Shown here: positions 60,535 through 64,000 of the stretch, piece by piece
How the letters are laid out: each line of letters opens with the position of its first letter
Position numbering within the stretch: the first letter of the stretch is position 1
Source: Candidatus Bathyarchaeota archaeon
GTDB taxonomy: Archaea > Thermoproteota > Bathyarchaeia > Bathyarchaeales > Bathycorpusculaceae
Length of the DNA: 64,000 nt
Direction: 5' to 3'
Assembly (NCBI GenBank): GCA_963702095.1
Contig: OY969706.1
Location: 2,272,001 to 2,336,000 of the forward strand
Program-made: the position numbers and the translations under genes
Notes under the pieces: model-generated
What the model saw: only the letters and a program-made list of their open reading frames with translations
What the model was told of the DNA's origin: nothing
Database searches by the model: none

Positions 60535-62166
60535 ATGTTGAGAAGCGACAACATTAAAACTGGAATAGAGAAAGCGCCTCACCGCGCACTCCTCAAATCC
60601 TTAGGGCTCCAAGACGACGACTTAGCCAAACCCCTCATTGGAGTAGCCAACAGTTACACCAACATCGTCCCCGGACACATCCACCTCCGCGCACTGGGAG
60701 AAGCCGTCAAAGAAGGCATCTTAGCCGCAGGCGGCACACCATTCGAATTCAACACCATCGCAGTCTGCGACGGCATCGCCATGGGACACCAAGGCATGCG
60801 TTACAGTCTCCCCAGCCGAGAAGTCATCGCTGACTCAGTAGAAATCATGCTCCAAGCCCACAGCCTCGACGGAGTTGTGATGGTCACTAACTGCGACAAA
60901 ATCACCCCCGGCATGCTAATGGCAGCAGCCAGAGTAGACATCCCCGCCATAATGGTTACAGGCGGACCCATGGCAGCTGGATACCTCAGAGGCAAAAAAA
61001 TCAGTTACTCCAACATGCCCGAAGCGCTTGGTCAAGTTGCCGCGGGAAAACTCTCCGAGGGCGAACTGCTTGAGCTAGAAGAAGCCGCATGCCCAGGCTG
61101 CGGCAGCTGCAGCGGCATGTTCACCGCCAACACCATGGCATGCATGACTGAAGCACTCGGTTTGTCGCTGCCGTATTGTGCCACGTCTTTGGCTAACAGC
61201 GCCTACAAAACCCGCCTCGCAAGAGCCACAGGCAAACAAATCCTAAAACTCATCCAAGCCGACCTTAAACCCAGTAAAATACTCACAGAAGCAGCGTTTG
61301 AAAACGCCATCGCACTCGACATGGCACTTGGCGGCTCAACCAACACCACCCTGCATTTACCAGCTATCGCCAAAGAAGCCGGCGTAACCCTGCCCCTGTC
61401 ACGTTTCGATGAGATCGGCAGAAAAGTCCCGCATCTCTGCAGCATGATTCCAAGCGGCATCTACGCGCTTGAGGATTTGGATGCAGCAGGCGGCGTTCCA
61501 GCGGTTCTAAACGAAATCCGAAGTCTCCTTGACCTCAACCAAGTCACAGTTACCCTCAAAACAGTGGGCGAAAACATCGAAGGCGCCAAAGTTTTAGACC
61601 GCAACGTCATCCGCCCACTCACTGACCCAGTCCACAAAGAAGGCGGTATCGCAATTTTAACCGGCAACCTAGCACCCAAGGGCTCCGTAATCAAAAGCGC
61701 CGGGGTCTCTGAGAAAATGCAGAAGCACACGGGCCCCGCAAAAGTGTACGATTCCGAATCCGAAGCCCTCGCCGCTATACGAGGAGGCAAAATAAAAGCC
61801 GGCGACGTCGTGGTCATCCGCTATGAAGGACCCAGAGGCGGACCCGGCATGCCGGAGATGCTGTTTCCAACCGCAACCATCGCGGGCATGGGCTTAGCCG
61901 ACTCGGTTGCATTAATCACGGACGGGCGCTTCAGCGGCGCCACCCACGGCGGCAGCATCGGACACGTTGCCCCCGAAGCCTTCGACGGCGGACCCATTGC
62001 AGTGCTTAGAGACGGCGACACCGTAACCATCGACATCCCCAACCGCACACTCAAAGTCGAAATAAGCGAGGGCGAACTCCAAGAGCGCTTAGCAGCTTGG
62101 AAGCCGAGACCGCCAAAAATCAGCAAAGGCATCCTCTCCCGCTACAAGCCAACACCTATCGAATAA
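60535..62166 (+). CDS. ilvD: Dihydroxy-acid dehydratase
   Basis: APHRALL, PGHIHL, VCDGIAMGH, CDKITPG, CSGMFTANTM, GGSTN, YEGPRGGPGMPEM, TDGRFSG. Confidence 0.96.
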   Translation: MLRSDNIKTGIEKAPHRALLKSLGLQDDDLAKPLIGVANSYTNIVPGHIHLRALGEAVKEGILAAGGTPFEFNTIAVCDGIAMGHQGMRYSLPSREVIADSVEIMLQAHSLDGVVMVTNCDKITPGMLMAAARVDIPAIMVTGGPMAAGYLRGKKISYSNMPEALGQVAAGKLSEGELLELEEAACPGCGSCSGMFTANTMACMTEALGLSLPYCATSLANSAYKTRLARATGKQILKLIQADLKPSKILTEAAFENAIALDMALGGSTNTTLHLPAIAKEAGVTLPLSRFDEIGRKVPHLCSMIPSGIYALEDLDAAGGVPAVLNEIRSLLDLNQVTVTLKTVGENIEGAKVLDRNVIRPLTDPVHKEGGIAILTGNLAPKGSVIKSAGVSEKMQKHTGPAKVYDSESEALAAIRGGKIKAGDVVVIRYEGPRGGPGMPEMLFPTATIAGMGLADSVALITDGRFSGATHGGSIGHVAPEAFDGGPIAVLRDGDTVTIDIPNRTLKVEISEGELQERLAAWKPRPPKISKGILSRYKPTPIE

Positions 62167-62207
62167 ACCTCAAAAAAATGGTTATAGGTGACCATTGGTT
62201 GCTTAGT

Positions 62208-62561
62208 TTACCGGCAACCTCTGGCACCGTAACCGTTTCTACCCATGCCTGTGCCCTGCTGCTGGTACTGGTTTTGTTCACAATAACAGAAGCCGTTTTG
62301 GTAGGCGCCTGATCCGCAGCCGCATCCATAACTTTGACCAATCTGGGTGCCGTTGTTGAAGCAGTAGGGTTCGCCGTTTGTGCCGTTAACGCAGTATTGT
62401 GGAGTTTGGTTGGAGTTGCCTGTGATGCAGGGCGACTGGACTTGGTTGTTGGTTGTGGTGTTGAGTTGGGTTTGGGTTGCGAATTGGGCTGCGGTGACGC
62501 CGATTAGGGCTGCTGCGAGGATACCGAGGATGGTTATTGCGAGGATAATTTTTGTTTGCAT
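62208..62561 (-). CDS. Small secreted Cys/Gly/Gln-rich protein
   Basis: Signal peptide; GAGGTGA RBS; Cys-rich tail GCGCG, FCYC, GMG...GCR. Confidence 0.7.
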   Translation of the reverse strand: MQTKIILAITILGILAAALIGVTAAQFATQTQLNTTTNNQVQSPCITGNSNQTPQYCVNGTNGEPYCFNNGTQIGQSYGCGCGSGAYQNGFCYCEQNQYQQQGTGMGRNGYGARGCR

Positions 62562-62612
62562 ATGTTTTTCACCTCAGGTATCTATTGGGGTTGGTGCGGT
62601 TTGGATGTTGGC

Positions 62613-62661
62613 TGAAACAGATGTGAAACGGTTTTTGAAACGTTTTTCGATGGTGAAAACG
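62613..62661. promoter_or_regulatory. TGAAAC direct repeats in a divergent promoter
   Basis: tgaaac at 62613, 62624, 62636; tgaaaac at 62654. Confidence 0.5.
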
Positions 62662-62718
62662 CTGTTTGTGCTGAAAAAACCTTAAATCCCCGTGGAACCA
62701 GTCTAAAATAGATATAGC

Positions 62719-63345
62719 ATGAAAAGAGTTAATTTGTTCCTCATCCTACTCATCGCATCCATAACCGCACTGGCAACCGCAACCGCCGTCGGCTTCGCCA
62801 TCTTCTCCACCCAGCAAAACCCAACCAGCTGGATGAGCCAAATGTGGAGCACCCACACCGGCGACAACAGCGGAACAGGAGTGGGCAGCATGATGGGACA
62901 CGACGATACCGTTGTCCAAGCAACCAACGTTTCATATCTACCCTACTATGGCATCCTCTACGCCGTCCTAATCGCCGTAACCGTCATCGGCGTTGTAGGC
63001 CTAAGCTACTATGTGGTTTACCCCCAAATTCGCGTCGGCGCAGCACCGCAGCCAACTTCGATGATTCAGGTAACTGCTTCCTCTGCAAGCCAAGCCGCAA
63101 GTTCCGCATCGGCGTATGAATCTGTCTCTAAAACCCTCACCGAAGACGAACGCAAAGTCATAAGCGTACTCCAAGCCCATCAGGGCAAGTACCTGCAGAA
63201 ATACATCAAAGCTGAAACGGGCTTGAGTCGACTGCAAACCCACCGCATCATCGCCCGACTCTCCGACCGCGGCATCGTCTCACTCGAAAAAGTCGGCAAC
63301 ACCAACCAAGTTACATTGGCAGATTGGCTAAAACAGAAGCAATAG
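62719..63345 (+). CDS. Membrane-anchored winged-helix regulator
   Basis: Two TMs, Met/His-containing loop, C-terminal LTEDERKVI...LQKYI...TGLSRLQTHRIIARLSDRGIV...GNTN. Confidence 0.82.
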   Translation: MKRVNLFLILLIASITALATATAVGFAIFSTQQNPTSWMSQMWSTHTGDNSGTGVGSMMGHDDTVVQATNVSYLPYYGILYAVLIAVTVIGVVGLSYYVVYPQIRVGAAPQPTSMIQVTASSASQAASSASAYESVSKTLTEDERKVISVLQAHQGKYLQKYIKAETGLSRLQTHRIIARLSDRGIVSLEKVGNTNQVTLADWLKQKQ

Positions 63346-63640
63346 TTTGCTGCCTTGCCTACCGCTTCCTCCATTTTGTATTGAGCTATTTCTCTTTATG
63401 TGGGTGTGGCGTTTTATGGGGTGCCACAAGACTGCAAGCGGATGCGGTTGCTTTTTGGGGAATCATTGCGTTTCCGCGTCTGTTTCGGTGTGGGATATGC
63501 TTTTTCTTCCACACGCCATACATGGCTCCATGCAGAGGCCGCCGGGATGTGTGTGAATACATGTATCGATTGTCTTTTTGTCTTTAAATACAGTGAACAG
63601 CGATGTCAGCGCAATGCAAGCGGGCACTAACATGAAGTAC
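63345..63640. repeat. Dispersed repeat family B, copy 2
   Basis: Collinear similarity to 864-1120. Confidence 0.75.
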
Positions 63641-63726
63641 CCATCAATGTCACACCCCCACTTTAGTCAATAATCCTTGACGAACACCCTTTTATCTCAC
63701 CAAATCCAGAGCCATATTGAAGTAAC

Positions 63727-64000
63727 ATGACCTTCGCTCAACCAAACACTCCAAAGCCCAAACGATTCGGTATAAAATCCGTCGTGGCTGTGCTTTTGGT
63801 TATTGCGCTTGCCGCTACCGCCTTTACTTTGGTTGTCAGCTACGGCGTTGCTACTCCACAGGAGAGTACAGTTAATCCTGAACCGCAACTCTTTGGTAAC
63901 GAAGCCAGAGGCTGGCAATTCATCAAAACCGTCCTCGCCATAGACACCGCAAAATACAACGTCACCGTCAGAAGCAATAATGTGCCGCCGCCCATTTTTG
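63727..64000 (+). CDS. Membrane-anchored/secreted hypothetical protein (partial, runs off window end)
   Basis: MTFAQPNTPKPKRFGIKSVVAVLLVIALAATAFTLVVSYG..., open to the end. Confidence 0.6.
   Translation, partial: MTFAQPNTPKPKRFGIKSVVAVLLVIALAATAFTLVVSYGVATPQESTVNPEPQLFGNEARGWQFIKTVLAIDTAKYNVTVRSNNVPPPIF

Noticed and set aside
63727-63830. Class III (archaeal pilin) signal peptide in the last ORF
   Set aside because: KRFG-IKSVV deviates from the [KR][GA]-hydrophobic consensus (F at -2, K at +2); more likely a plain membrane anchor.
546-63918. Numerous short ORFs antisense to or overlapping confident genes (e.g. 1574-1981, 30421-30807, 44848-45321, 61461-61817)
   Set aside because: Shadow frames of real genes with no recognisable motifs.

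Overview
Archaeal chromosomal window; gene content (Cbf5, L14e, EgsA, Topo VI, TrmB/Lrp regulators, expanded PQQ-like beta-propeller surface proteins) fits Bathyarchaeia, which is an inference. Housekeeping flanks (1-7 kb, 56.7-64 kb) enclose two accessory blocks. (i) 7.3-37.6 kb: a tandem array of seven ~860-920 aa secreted, C-terminally anchored beta-propeller paralogs. Each has its own adjacent regulator(s), and each is followed by a U-rich terminator and a conserved ~105-nt non-coding hairpin element. Read in the mRNA sense, the loop of that element is complementary to the RBS/start region of the same gene family. This is the main candidate novel system. (ii) 39-56.5 kb: a surface-glycosylation/export locus with a small Thr-rich membrane peptide, CPBP protease, DUF1616-like protein, GT2/GT4 enzymes, polytopic membrane proteins and an ABC exporter. 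Also seen: a lysine 2,3-aminomutase paired with an EctA-type acetyltransferase, a second dispersed structured repeat family, shared operators, a 270-bp identical tract between two paralogs, and several apparent non-canonical start codons. Scattered 1-nt frameshifts, including two in top6B, are probably sequencing errors. All family assignments come from motif recognition by eye, not database searches.
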